This document shows, one piece after another, positions 37,719-50,162 of a stretch of 64,000 nt of DNA. The notes under the pieces were generated by a model. The model had not been told where the DNA came from. It saw only the letters and a program-made list of their open reading frames with translations, and ran no database searches. The position numbers and the translations under genes are program-made. Positions within the stretch are counted from its first letter, which is position 1, and each line of letters starts with the position of its first letter. Origin of the DNA: Mustelus asterias (lineage: Eukaryota); assembly GCF_964213995.1 (NCBI RefSeq), contig NC_135810.1, forward strand, positions 57,908,001 through 57,972,000. Reading direction: 5' to 3'.

Positions 37719-39364
37719 AGGGGGAATCTGCCTACTGAGGTAATATGGGCTGAAGTTAGAAATAGGAAAGGAGCGGTCACGTTGTTAGGAGTTTTCTAGT
37801 AATAGAGATGTGGAGGAAGAAATTGCAAAGCAGATTATGGATAGGTGTGGAGGTCACAGGGTAGTTGTCATGGGTGACTTTAACTTTCCAAATACTGATT
37901 GGAACCTTTATAGGTCGAATAGTTCGGATGGGGCAGTTTTTGTACAGTGTGTGCAAGAATGTTTCCTGACACGATATGTGGATAGGCCGACAAGAGGTGG
38001 GGCCACATTGGACTTGGTATTGGGTAATGAACCGGGCCAAGTGTTAGATTTGTTTGTGGGAGAGCACTTTGGAGATAGTGACCACAATTCGGTGTCTTTC
38101 TTTATTGATAGGGATAGGGCCTTACGACAGGGCAAGGTTTATAATTGGGGGAGGGGTAATTATGACGCGATTAGGCAGGAATTAGGGAGCATAAGATGGG
38201 AACAGAAACTGTCAGGGAAAGGCACAAATGAAAAGTGGAGCTTGTTCAAGGAACAAATACTGAGTGTCCTTGATAGGTATGTCCCTGTCAGGCAGGGAGG
38301 AAATGGCCGAGTGAGGGAACCATGGTTCACAAAAGAGGTTGAATGTCTTGTCAAGAGGAAAAAGGAAGCGTATGTAAGGATGAGAAAACAAGTTGGGTCA
38401 CTTGAGGGGGACAAGGTAGCAAGGAATGAGCTAAAAAAAAAGGCTTAGGAGAGCTAGGAGGGGGCATGAGAAGTCCTTGGTGGGTCGGATCAAGGAAAAC
38501 CCCAAGGCTTTTTATTCTTATGTGAGAAATAAAAGAATGACCAGGGTGAGGTTAGGGTCGGTCAAGGACAGTAGTGGGAACTTGTGCATGGAGTCTGAAG
38601 AGATAGGAGAGGCGATGAATGAATACTTTTCTTCAGTGTTCACCAAGGAGAGGGGCCATGTTTTTGAGGATGAGTGTGAGATACAGGCTGATAGGCTGGA
38701 GGTGGTAGATGTTCTGAGGGAAGATGTATTAGCAATTTTGAAAAACCTGAGGGTCGATAAGTCCCCTGGGCCAGATGGGATATATCCTAGGATTCTTTGG
38801 GAGGCAAGGGATGAGATTGCAGAGCCTTTGGCTTTGATCTTTGGGTCCTTACTGTCCATGGGGATAGTGCCAGAGGACTGGAGAGTGGCGAATGTTGTTC
38901 CTCTGTTCAAGAAAGGAAATAGGAATGACCCTGGCAATTATAGGCCGTTTAGTCTTACTTCGGTGGTCGGTAAGTTAATGGAAAAGGTCCTGAGGGATAG
39001 GATTTATGACCATTTGGAAAGATTCAGCTTAATCCAGGATAGTCAACACAGATTCGTGAAGGGGAAGTCTTGCGTCACAAATTTGATTAGATTCTTTGAG
39101 GAGGTAACTAAGTATGTAGATGAAGGTAGAGCAGTTGATGTCGTATACATGGATTTTAGTAAGGCATTTGATAAGGTTCCCCATGGTCGGCTCATGAAGA
39201 AAGTAAGGAGGTGCGGGATAGAGGGAAATTTGGCCGATTGGATAAGTAACTGGCTATCTCATAGAAGTTATGATGTGGAGATGCCGGCGTTGGACTGGGG
39301 TAAACACAGTAAGAAGTCTCACAACACCAGGTTAAAGTCCAACAGGTTTATTTGGTAGCAAATA

Positions 39365-39402
39365 TCATAAGCTTTCGGAGCACTGCTCCTTCGTCAGATG
39401 GA
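39365..39402 (-). ncRNA. Minimal type-I hammerhead ribozyme motif (PLE pLTR)
   Basis: Reverse complement CAT-CTGACGA-A-GGAGC-AGT-GCTCC-GAAA-GCTT-ATG. Confidence 0.7.
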
Positions 39403-39846
39403 GTGGAAATGTGCTCTCAAACAGTTTCTGCTCAGCGACTCTGCGCTGACGTGTGTCGTGAAGGCCGCCTTGGAGAACGCTTACCTGAAGATCCAAGGCT
39501 GAATGCCCGTGACTGCTGAAGTGCTCCCCCACAGGAAGAGAACAGTCTTGCCTGGTGAGCAGAAACTGATAGCCAAGTTCCGCACACATGAGGACAGCCT
39601 AAACCGGGATGTTGGATTTATGTCACATTATCAGTAACCCCCACAGCTTGCCTCCTGGGCTTGCAGAATCTCACTAGCTGTTCTGTCTGGAGACAATACA
39701 CATCTCTTTAACCTGTGTTGAATGTTCCCTCCACCCACATTGTCTGTACCTTTAAAACCTGGCTGGTTGTAGGGATTCGCATTCTAATCAGTATTCTGCA
39801 ACTTGATTTTGTGTCTGTTTGCACTGTTTGAGAGCACATTTCCACT

Positions 39847-39883
39847 CCATCTGACGAAGGAGCAGTGCTCCGAAAGCTTATGG
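39847..39883 (+). ncRNA. Minimal type-I hammerhead ribozyme motif (PLE pLTR)
   Basis: CCAT-CTGACGA-A-GGAGC-AGT-GCTCC-GAAA-GCTT-ATGG: stem I CCAU/AUGG, stem II 5 bp, palindromic AAGCUU in place of stem III. Confidence 0.75.
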
Positions 39884-40991
39884 TATTAGCTACCAAATAA
39901 ACCTGTTGGACCTTCACCTGGTGTTGTGAGACTTCTTACTGTATCTCATAGAAGACAGAGGGTGGTGGTGGATGGAAAATTTTCAGACTGGAGACCAGTT
40001 ACCAGCGGTGTACCACAGGGATCAGTGCTGGGTCCTCTGCTATTTGCGATTTTTATCAATGACTTGGAGGAGGGGGCTGAAGGGTGGGTCAGTAAATTTG
40101 CTGATGACACCAAGATTGGTGGAGTAGTGGATGAGGTGGAGGGCTGTTGTAGGCTGCAAAGAGACATTGATAGGATGCAGAGCTGGGCCGAAAAATGGCA
40201 GATGGAGTTTAACCCAGATAAGTGCGAGGTGATTCATTTTGGGAGGACAAATTTAAATGCGGATTACAGGGTCAACAGCAGGGTTCTGAGGAATGTGAAG
40301 GAACAGAGAGATCTTGGGGTTCATATCCACAGATCTCTGAAGGTTGCCGCTCAAGTGGATAGAGTCATGAAGAAAACCTATAGTGTGTTAGCGCTTATTA
40401 ACAGGGGGTTTGAGTTTAAGAGCTGTGGGGTTATGCTGCAACTGTACAGGACCTTGGTGAGACCACATTTGGAATATTGCGTGCAGTTCTGGTCACCTCA
40501 CTATAAGAAGGATGTGGAAGCACTGGAAAGAGTGCAAAGGAGATTTACCAGGATGCTGCCTGGTTTGGAGGGTAGGTCTTATGAGGAAAGGTTGAGGGAG
40601 CTAGGGCTTTTCTCTTTAGAGCAGAGGAGGAAGAGAGGCGACTTAATAGAGGTTTATAAGATGATGAGGGGGATAGATAGAGTGGATGTTCAGAGACTAT
40701 TTCCTCGGGTGGATGTAGCTGTTACTAGGGGGCATAACTATAAGGTTCATGGTGGGAGGTATAGGAGGGATGTCCGAGGTAGGTTCTTTACTCAGAGAGT
40801 GGTTGGGGTGTGGAATGGACTGCCTGGTGTGATAGTGGAGTCGGACACTTTAGGAACTTTCAAGCAGTTATTGGATAGGCACATGGAGCACACCAGAGTG
40901 ATAGGGAGTGGGATAGCTTGATCTTGGTTTCAGACAAAGCTTGGCACAACATCGAGGGCCGAAGGGCCTGTACTGTTCTATGTTCTATATG

Positions 40992-41215
40992 AGTTTGCAA
41001 GTACTCCCCGTATCTGCATGGGTTTCCTCCAGGTACTCCAGTTTCATCCCACACTCCAAAGATGTGCGGGTTAGGTTGATTGGCCATGTTAAATTGCCGC
41101 TAGTGTCAGGGGGACTAGCAGGATAAATACATGGGGTTACGGGGAAAGGGCCGGGGTGGGATTGTTGTTGGTGCAGGCTCGATGGGCTGAATGGCCTCCT
41201 TCTGCACTGTAAGGA
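40992..41215 (+). mobile_element. V-SINE 3' half
   Basis: Continues 37623-37718 exactly after the TSD. Confidence 0.85.
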
Positions 41216-42060
41216 TTTACAGTATGTGTTGCCTGCATGCTAGCAATACATCTTCTATTTTTTTTGCTAACTAAGCTGGTGTCCGTAGCAAAGTGGCAAA
41301 TTAAATAGAGCATAAACATCTGTATCAATCTATTAATCTTTCCATAGCTTTGTATAAATTACCAATCTTATAATGAGGAAGGCAGTGTTCATTAATCAGG
41401 GACCTTTACGCGCTAAGCCATTTTAACAGTTCGTTTAGGCAAATGAACACATTCATAATATATGCAGAAGTAAATTAGCTGAATTCAAAATAAGTTGTAA
41501 GCACCGATTAAGTGTGTATTGTTTTGGTTCTGAAGTTGCTGATCAACATCCTGCAATTTCTCTATATTGTTACTGGTGGAGAACAAACGATGCTAAGTAT
41601 TTTACAAAACAAAAGAACATTTTACATTTATTTGCAAGTAAAAGGAATATATCGGAATTTGTTGTAACCGAGCGGAAGCCATGAGGCAACAATTTTACAC
41701 AGGCATCATGGGAAAACAAAGTAGAGAGATATATTTAGGTCGAGGATTCACATCTATAAAAATGAAATAGACCAAACACAGTCCAACAATCGACAGTTAC
41801 TTCAATACATTGTGGGGTGTTACCTAGTTATGGTACAAGGTTACCATCCCAAAATTGCAGGAATGATCCTGATGATTAGTCCAGCAATTTCAGACTTAGT
41901 AATCAGTTACAAGCAAAGCAAAAATAGACGAGAAGGTTAAGTATAAACTGAGGGATGAAGTGGTTATAGGGAAAACCCACTAAACTGATGGAAACTGTAG
42001 CTAAACAATTCACAAAAAGTAAAGGGGGCGATTCTCCCATCCTGCTGTGCTGCTTTTGTA

Positions 42061-42147
42061 GCACCTGATGAAGGAGCAGAGCTCTGAAAGCTTGTGATTC
42101 CGAATAAACCTGTTAGGCTTTAACTTGGTGTTGTGAGACTTCTTACT
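42061..42147 (+). mobile_element. Solo PLE pLTR fragment with hammerhead motif
   Basis: CAC-CTGATGA-A-GGAGC-AGA-GCTCT-GAAA-GCTT-GTG followed by aataaacctgttagg..gacttcttact. Confidence 0.8.
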
Positions 42148-42229
42148 AATCTTAATCATGCTCAATTGCAACAGTTTTACAACCCCATGAATAAATAATA
42201 TCCATCTCTTCTCCATTTGGTATGCCATG

Positions 42230-44300
42230 TGGAAGAGTTAGCTGGGGCTTCACCTGGTGACCCGCAATTCATAAGCATGAACAGAGAGTGGCGGTATTGT
42301 GGAGAGTTCACATGGGAGGGCGCAGCCTTTTCCAAGCTCTGCTCAGCTGGACACACAGCCTGAAACCTGAGAGAGCAATGAAAAGAAGAGTCAGCAGCAA
42401 ATGCGCAAGGTATGGGGCAGTCCTGCCACCCTCACAGGGCAGAAAATAGAGGAGAGACATTGCATGTCTTCCACGGATAGAATGACCTCCAGCATGGAAC
42501 TTGATTCATGGCTATCTTAAAAGCTCCTGCAGATCCTCACTGGCTCCAACACCCAGAGTGCATTGGCTGTGAGCATCTCAGCAATTGGGATCTAAGCAGC
42601 CTGCTTCTACCTCTGGCTCGGCAAAAGGAGAGAAAAGTATTTTAGCTCAACAAGCTCAACACAAGGGTTTTTGTGGAAATTCATATTAATGACATTCATT
42701 TACTTATTCACACTTAATTTGTAAAGTCCCCACTTTGCTGTATTCTCCATCCCTGTTTGCTAAGTGACAACTCGAATTTTCAGTTACTATGTGATGAATG
42801 TGGATGTCCCTCACCCGACTACCAGAAACCTGCATCAACTGCAACTTCTATCTCACTGACACACGCTTAACACAATGGGAAGTCACACACATGTCAGAGC
42901 TTGCACGTGCTGCCAGCCATTCAAACATGCCAGGTACATAACCCAAACTCATTGACAAATTTCTCACTCTCTTGTAGGGCAAGGCGGCTGATGTAACTAA
43001 CTGTTCGGAGGGAGCCAGACATCGCAGCATGTATTGGACCTCCATGGAGTAGATGTTGCTGGAGGTGATGGGTGCTGCGTCACTGAGGTCATGTCCAGTG
43101 TCATTGTTAAAACCATCCAGGATGATGGAGTGGTCTGCCCAAATACACCTTCTCACATCTCTATTATCTCAACTTGCCAAGAATGTAACCTTGAACCTTT
43201 TGCATTCCCCGCCTCTCTCACCCTAACCCTCTCCTTGTGTCTTCTCCTCATTAACACTCAAGAACTGCTGCCTTGCCAGCCAAAGGAACAAGAGATTGAG
43301 GAGAAAGAGGCACTGTCACTCAGTTGGACGCACACATCCACCAGCTTAGATATTAGCACTGCATGGGCATCAGAGCTGAGATCTGTCTGTGGTGAGTAAG
43401 TGAGCACAAATGACCTGCGGCCAATCCAGAGGGAAAGGGCTGAGGGGATGGGTGCTGGCTCTCCAGAGGGTGAAGTCATGCACAGGCCCTGCTGCAGATG
43501 ACTCAGATGAGGACTTCATTCAGGCTGCATACAGAGAAAGACCGATGTGTATGCACATTGAAATATTCGGTGCATAGGCATGCCTATCACAAAGCCTGCA
43601 ACCAGTGTCAAGGGACATGGAGAAGTCTGCTTCAACTTGAGACAGAGCTTTATCAGGGTGGAAGTGATGGCCACTTCCACAGGAACACTTGCGAATCCAC
43701 CAGCATGTTTGATGGCCAATGCTGTATCTTCCATTGCACCACAAGTAGAAACCCACCCAAGGTCTGAGCGCACAGTACGAGCTCAGACTGAGGCCTCAGA
43801 CTCAGGCCTCAGACTCAGACTAATCCCTGCTTGTTGCCTTGCAAGTCCAGCTTGGTGTGAAGCAAGCTCAGATTGCTGTCATCATGGCTGCAGATATAGG
43901 CATGCCGGTTCTCATTGTAGTCCAGGAATCACTATCCAACGGGTTATTGAGAAAGCTACAGTTTCATCCCAGGAGAGTACCAGCAGTGTCACACAGCACC
44001 AAGCTGCTGTTCTCCCTCATGATGACGGCATTCATGTTCCAACCATTGCCACTCAATCTGTCCTTCCACTGTGCCTGTCAGCCAGCCAGCCCAGACTGCT
44101 GCCACCCATGGCGATGTGCTGTAGTCCAAAGCAGGGCCTCTAGGTGCAGAACTGGTTGAGTTCAGCCTGCGAGACTCTCTGCAGTCTCCCCAACTGCAAG
44201 TCAGCAATCTTTCACCAACCGTGCTGCAACTACAGGAGTAGCATTGTGTAGGAGCACTAAGCCAGGCAAAGAAACAAAGAGAATGCACAAGGGTGATGAG
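42230..44300 (+). pseudogene. Harbinger Myb/SANT-like accessory gene remnant (multi-exon)
   Basis: Acceptor ctcttgtag at ~42978 then GKAA...TSME*MLLEVMG, paralogous to the 50415-50551 exon. Confidence 0.55.
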
Positions 44301-44539
44301 TTGAGTATTGTGAGGGGTATTGAATGTTTTGCTGGATTAAGGTGGTAAGGCAAGTGCTTTATGATGGTTATTATTTCAGCATTGTGGCTAAGAGAACACT
44401 CTGATGACAGGGGGATAGTTTAGTGACCTCAGGATGTCCCAATGTGTTTCAACACTAGTTACCGTTGTAATGTCAATAATGTATCAGCCAATTTGTGCAT
44501 CACAATGCAATAATGACCAGATACTGTGCTTTTTCTTAT

Positions 44540-44910
44540 TCATTTGGGAGTCGCTGGCTGGCCAGCATTTATTGCCCATCCCTAGTTGCCCTTGAGAAGA
44601 TGGTGGTGAGCTGCCCTCTTGAAATACTGCAGTCCACGTGCTACGGGTTGATACAACTGAGTGGTTTATTGGACCATTTCAGAGGGCAGTCGAGAGTCAA
44701 CCACATTGCTGTGGCTCTGGAGTCACATGTAGGCCAGACCAGGTAAGGACAGCAGATTTCCTTCCCTAAAGGACATTAGTGAACTAGATGGGTTTTTCCG
44801 ACAATTGACAATGGTTTCATGGTCATCAGTAGATTTTTAATTCCAGATTTTTTTTATTGAATTCAAATTCCACCATCTGTCCTGGCAGGATTCGAACCCA
44901 GGTCCCCTTA
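44540..44910 (-). mobile_element. tRNA-headed SINE / L2-tail repeat
   Basis: B-box ggattcgaaccc at ~44890; related copies at 32260-32500, 54340-54690 and 60050-60195. Confidence 0.65.
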
Positions 44911-44981
44911 AGCTGTTATCAGTTCAGGGATAAATATCAGTCAAGGCACCAGAGAGAAATCCTCTGTGATTCTCCTAAAAA

Positions 44982-45150
44982 TTGATTAAGTTGATCTTTC
45001 TCTACACCCTAGCTATGACTGTAACACTACATTCTGCACTCTCTTGTTTCCTTCTCTATGAACGGTATGCTTTGTCTGTATAGCGCGCAAGAAACAATAC
45101 TTTTCACTGTATGTTAATACATGTGACAATAAATCAAATCAAAATCAAAC
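44982..45150 (+). mobile_element. Rex1/Babar 3' tail
   Basis: Near-identical to 25815-25985; lies within DeuSINE fragments. Confidence 0.88.
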
Positions 45151-45738
45151 CAAAAAATTCAAATTAAATAGTGCCATAAAATTCTTTCCATTCAGCCGAG
45201 AAGCCTCGATTTGCTGCCAAATCTGAAAGATGGATGCCTTTGCACCCGAGCCAACTTTTATTCCTCAACCAATATCATTAAAACTGATAATTAAACCATT
45301 TTTCACAGTGCTGTGGGACAAATTGGTGCTCACATGTGTCGACATTACAATAGTGGTTACAATTTAAAATGTCTTTCCTGAGATGAAGGGCCTGTGGTAC
45401 ATCCGGAGCTCAGAAAAGGTGCCATTTCTTCTTCAACAGGAGGTGGGCAATTGCATTGGCAGTTATGATTTCTAATATTGTAAAAAATGATATAATTTCA
45501 CATAACTAAATATAATTTAGGCTTTTGGATCGAAACCTTGATGTTTAACCATCTGGACCATTTCAATATTTGAATGGTTGGAATTAATCATTCCTCTAAT
45601 GTCACTGAGGTTGATTCTCCTCTGCAGAGTGACTATACAAACTGAGAAAATGTGGTGATGTTGAGTGTAGAAAGCATTCGAGACAAAACCTTTCATGGAG
45701 AAAAACTTCCCAGGACATTTCACAAAAAAGGAGAGTTA

Positions 45739-46057
45739 TAGAATCATCATAGAATCCCTACAGTGCAAAAGGAGACCCATTCAACCCATCGAGTTTGCAC
45801 TGACTCTTACCCAGACCTTATCATAGTAATCCCAAGTATTTACGCCGCTAATCCCCTAACCTGTATATCTTGGGACATAAGGGGCAATTTAACATGAGCA
45901 ATCCACCTAACCTGGGAGGAAACTGGAGCACTAGAAGGAAACCCAGGCAGACACAGAGAGAATGCGCAAACTCCACACAGACAGTGACCCAAGGCCGGAA
46001 TTGAACGCGGGTCCCTGGCGCTGTGAGGCAGCAGTGCTAACTACTGTGCCACCGTGC
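45739..46057 (-). mobile_element. HE1-like V-SINE
   Basis: Family match. Confidence 0.88.
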
Positions 46058-47245
46058 ATACCAAAAACCAATCAGGGGAAGAGTTAAGACAGATAACTAA
46101 AGTTTTCTTCAGAACCTTGGAAGGCCAGGTGAAAACTTATCAAGTTGGGAAGAGGTATAGTAAACTGATAGGATGGGGATGCGTGTGTGCTGTTTTCAGA
46201 GTGCTAGATATCAGCAGCAGGGTCATCAGTCATCAACCGAGGAACTGCCAGTAATGATACTGGAGAGCTGAGTTCAAAAGAAAAGAAACTACAAACTAGA
46301 ATGGAGGGCTGAAGGAGGTTCCAAAGGTTGGGCACAATAAGGCCATGGAGAGTTTTGAAAAGGAAGATAAAGATTTGAATATCAATGCTCCATCGTCCCA
46401 GCATGAGCAGTGACTGCCTTGCTTGGCTGGCTGTCAGATAACAGCAAGGATAATGATGAGGTGGCAAGAGTGAGAGGAAGACTGCATTCTTCCTCATAGA
46501 GGACATCAGGTTTATGGCCCATGAAGTCAATGCAAATCACCTAGTGGAGCACCTCAGCAATCCTTGTCATTTTTGGACAAACTGATCGCCGGACTGCTGT
46601 GTCACCGTGGAAGCCCCTTTGAACACCGTAACCTATAATAATGGTGGCAGCAGTCTGAGCTTGTACAACAGCAGCCTAACTCTCCAGATATTAGGTGGCT
46701 GCTGCATGTGTTATAGTGAAAGCTACAACAAAGCCATCAGATGCTGCATCATGGTCGAGTCCACAATCGTGCAAACAGTCACCACTTTACACTGGGAAAG
46801 ATGGGTTCAAGGTTCTTCACAAAACTCTATACGAAGTTGGTGCTGAACTTTTCAATGCTCTTTGACATTGACAACTGATTTTTGAGCAACATTATCCATG
46901 CACCAAGCATTTTGTTCTGCATATCCATCAGCATCCTTTTGTATGTTGTTCCCGTCAATGTTTTTATCTGAGTCCTCTGCTGTGGAGCTGGCATTGGTAC
47001 TAATTTTTCCGCTCACCATTGTGCACCTATGCATTTCCAACCTCTAATCTAACTTCTAATATATGTGCAGTGACAATGCTGTCACTTAATTTGCAAAATT
47101 AAGTGACAACATTGAATCTTCACCACCTCTATCTTCTTTGTGTCCCTCTACTGCCCGGTCAGGTTGCAACTCTTATATATCTGAAAAGAGTAAGAAGTCT
47201 CACAATACCAGGTTAAAGTCCAACAGGTTTATTTGGTAGCAAAAA

Positions 47246-47282
47246 CAACTAGCTTTCGGAGTGCTGCTCCTTCGTCAGGTAA
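47246..47282 (-). ncRNA. Hammerhead motif in the left pLTR
   Basis: Reverse complement AC-CTGACGA-A-GGAGCAGCACTCC-GAAA-GCTA-GT; one stem II mismatch. Confidence 0.6.
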
Positions 47283-50125
47283 GTGGGAGTTCTGTTCACA
47301 AACAGGGCATATAAAGACACAAACTCAATTTACAAAATAGTGGTTGGAATGCGAATCTTTACAGGAAATCAAGTCTTAAAGGTACTGACACGGTGAGTGG
47401 AGAGAGGGTTAAGCACAGGTTAAACAGATGTGTATTGTCTCCAGCCAGGACAGTTAGTGAGATTCTGCAAGCCCAGGCAAGTCATGGGGGTTACAGATAG
47501 TGTGACATGAACCCAAGATCCCGGTTGAGGTCGTCCTCATGTGTGCGGAACTTGGCTATCAGTCTCTACTCAGCGGCTCTGCGTTGTCGTGTGTCGTGAA
47601 GGCTGCCTTGGAGAACGCTTACCCGAAGATCAGAGGCCGAATGCCCGTGACCGCTGAAGTGTTCCCCAACAGGAAGAGAACACTCTTGCCTGGTGATTGT
47701 CGAGCGGTGTTCATTCATCCATTGTCGTAGTGTCTCCCCAATATACCATGCCTCGGGACATCCTTTCCTGCAGCATATCAGGTAGACAACGTTGGCCGAG
47801 TTGCAAGAGTATGTACCGTGTACCTGGTGGATGGTGTTCTCACGTGAGATGATGGTATCCATGTCGATGATCCGGCATGTCTTGCAGAGGTTGCTGTGGC
47901 AGGGTTGTGTGGTGTCGTGGTCACTGTTCTCCTGAAGGCTGGGTAGTTTGCTGCAGACAATGGTCTGTTTGAGGTTGTCGAGCGCCATATTCTGTTCTTA
48001 TGAGGGCATCTTTCAGCGTCTGGAGGTGTCTGTTGCGATCCTCCTCAACTAAGCAGATCCTGTGTATACGGAAGGCTTGTCCGTAGGGGATGACTTCTTT
48101 AACATGTTTAGGGTGGAAGCTGGAGAAGTGGAGCATCGTGAGGTTATCTGTGGGCTTGTGGTACAGTGGAGTGCTGAAGTGACCGTCCTTAATGGAGATG
48201 CGTGTGTCCAAGAACGCAACCGATTCCGGAGAGTAGTCCATGGTGAGTCTGATGGTGGGATGGAACTTGTTGATGTCATCATATAGTTGTTTCAGTGATT
48301 GTTCGCCATGAGTCCAAAGGAAGAAAATGTCATCGATGTATCTAGTGTACAGCATCGGTTGAAGGTCCTGTGCGGTGAAGAAGTCTTGTTCAAACCTGTG
48401 CATGAAGATGTTGGCATATTGAGGTGTGAATTTGGTCCCCATGGCTGTTCCGTGTGTCTGGATGAAGAACTGGTTGTTGAAGGTTGTTGATTTTGTCGCG
48501 ACACTACGGACTTCCTACAGAAACTCAGCACACATGGAGCAGTTGAACCAGGAGCACTCCTCGTCACAATGGATGTCTACACTAGCATCCCCCATGACGA
48601 TGGCATTGCTGCAACGGCCTCAGTACTCAGTGCCGACAACTGCCAGTTTCCAGATGCAATTTTACAACTCATCCGCTTCATCCTGGACCACAATGTCTTC
48701 ACCTTCAACAACCAGTTCTTCATCCAGACACACAGAACAGTCATGGAGACTACATTTGCACCTCAATATGCCAACATCTTCATGCACAGGTTCGAACCAA
48801 GACCTCTTCACCGCACAGGACCTTCAACCGATGCTGTACACTAGATACATCGATGACATTTTCTTCCTTTGGAGTCATGGTGAACAATCACTGAAACAAT
48901 TATATGATGACATCAACAAGTTCCATCCCACCATCAGACTCACCATGGACTACTCTCCGGAATCGATTGCATTCTTGGACACACGCATCTCCATTAAGGA
49001 CGGTCACCTCAGCACCTCACTGTATCGCAAGCCCACGGATAACCTCACGATGCTCCACTTCTCCAGTTTCCACCCTAAACACGTTAAAGAAGCCATCCCC
49101 TATGGACAAGCCCTCCGTATACACAGGATCTGCTCGGATGAGGAGGATCGCAACAGACACCTCCAGACGCTGAAAGATGCCCTCATAAGAACAGAATATG
49201 GTGCTTGACTCATCGATCGACAGTTCCGACGCGCCACAGCGAAAAACTGCACTGACCTCCTCAGAAGACAAACACGGGACACAGTGGACAGAGTACCCTT
49301 CGTCGTCCAGTACTTCCCCGGAGCGGAGAAGCTACAACATCTTCTCCGGAACCTTCAACATGTCTTTGATGAAGATGAACATCTCGCCAAGGCCATCCCC
49401 ACACCCCCACTTCTTGCCTTCAAACAACCGCACAACCTCAAACAGACCATTGTCCGCAGCAAACTACCCAGCCTTCAGGTGAACAGAGGCCACGACACCA
49501 CACAACCCTGCCACAGCAACCTCTGCAAGACGTGCTGGATCATCAACACGAATGCCATCATCTCACGTGAGAACACCATCCACCAGGTACACGGCACATA
49601 CTCTTACAACTTGGCCAATGTTGTCTACCTGATATGCTGCAGGAAAGGATGTCCCGAGGCATGGTACATTGGGGAGACCATGCAAGCGCTACAATAATGG
49701 ATGAATGAACACCGCTCGACAATCACCAGGCAAGAGTGTTCTCTTCCTGTTGGGGAACACTTCAGCGGTCACGGGCATTCAGCCTCTGATCTTCGGGTAA
49801 GCATTCTCCAAGGCGGCCTTCACGACTCACGACAACGCAGAGTCACTGAGCAGAGACTGATAGCCAAGTTCCGCACACATGAGGATGGCCTCAACCGGGA
49901 TCTTGGGTTCATGTCACACTATCTGTAACCCCCATGACTTGCCTGGGCTTGCAGAATCTCACTAACTGTCCTGGCTGGAGACAATACACATCTGTTTAAC
50001 CTGTGCTTAACCCTCTCTCCACTCACCGTGTCAGTACCTTGAAGACTTGATTACCTGTAAAGACTCGCATTCCAACCATTATTTTGTAAATTGAGTTTGT
50101 GTCTTTATATGAACAGAACTCCCAC

Positions 50126-50162
50126 TTACCTGACGAAGGAGCAGCGCTCCGAAAGCTAGTGG
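50126..50162 (+). ncRNA. Hammerhead motif in the right pLTR
   Basis: TTAC-CTGACGA-A-GGAGC-AGC-GCTCC-GAAA-GCTA-GTGG; predicted cleavage after 50158. Confidence 0.72.

Larger units (their letters stand above)
39268..39941. mobile_element. Non-autonomous Penelope fold-back (inverted pLTRs)
   Basis: 13-bp TSD tatctcatagaag (39255-39267, 39942-39954); minus arm 39271-39557, plus arm ~39556-39941. Confidence 0.92.
37719..40991 (+). mobile_element. CR1-clade LINE, 5'-truncated, interrupted by a Penelope fold-back
   Basis: ORF2 pieces 37810-38448, 38477-39267 and 39955-40921; frameshift at the A-run ~38433-38441; TSD agtttg (37713-37718, 40992-40997). Confidence 0.95.

Noticed and set aside
46607-46846. 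YNKA..VESTI resembling a Harbinger transposase motif
   Set aside because: Match too short and degenerate to support
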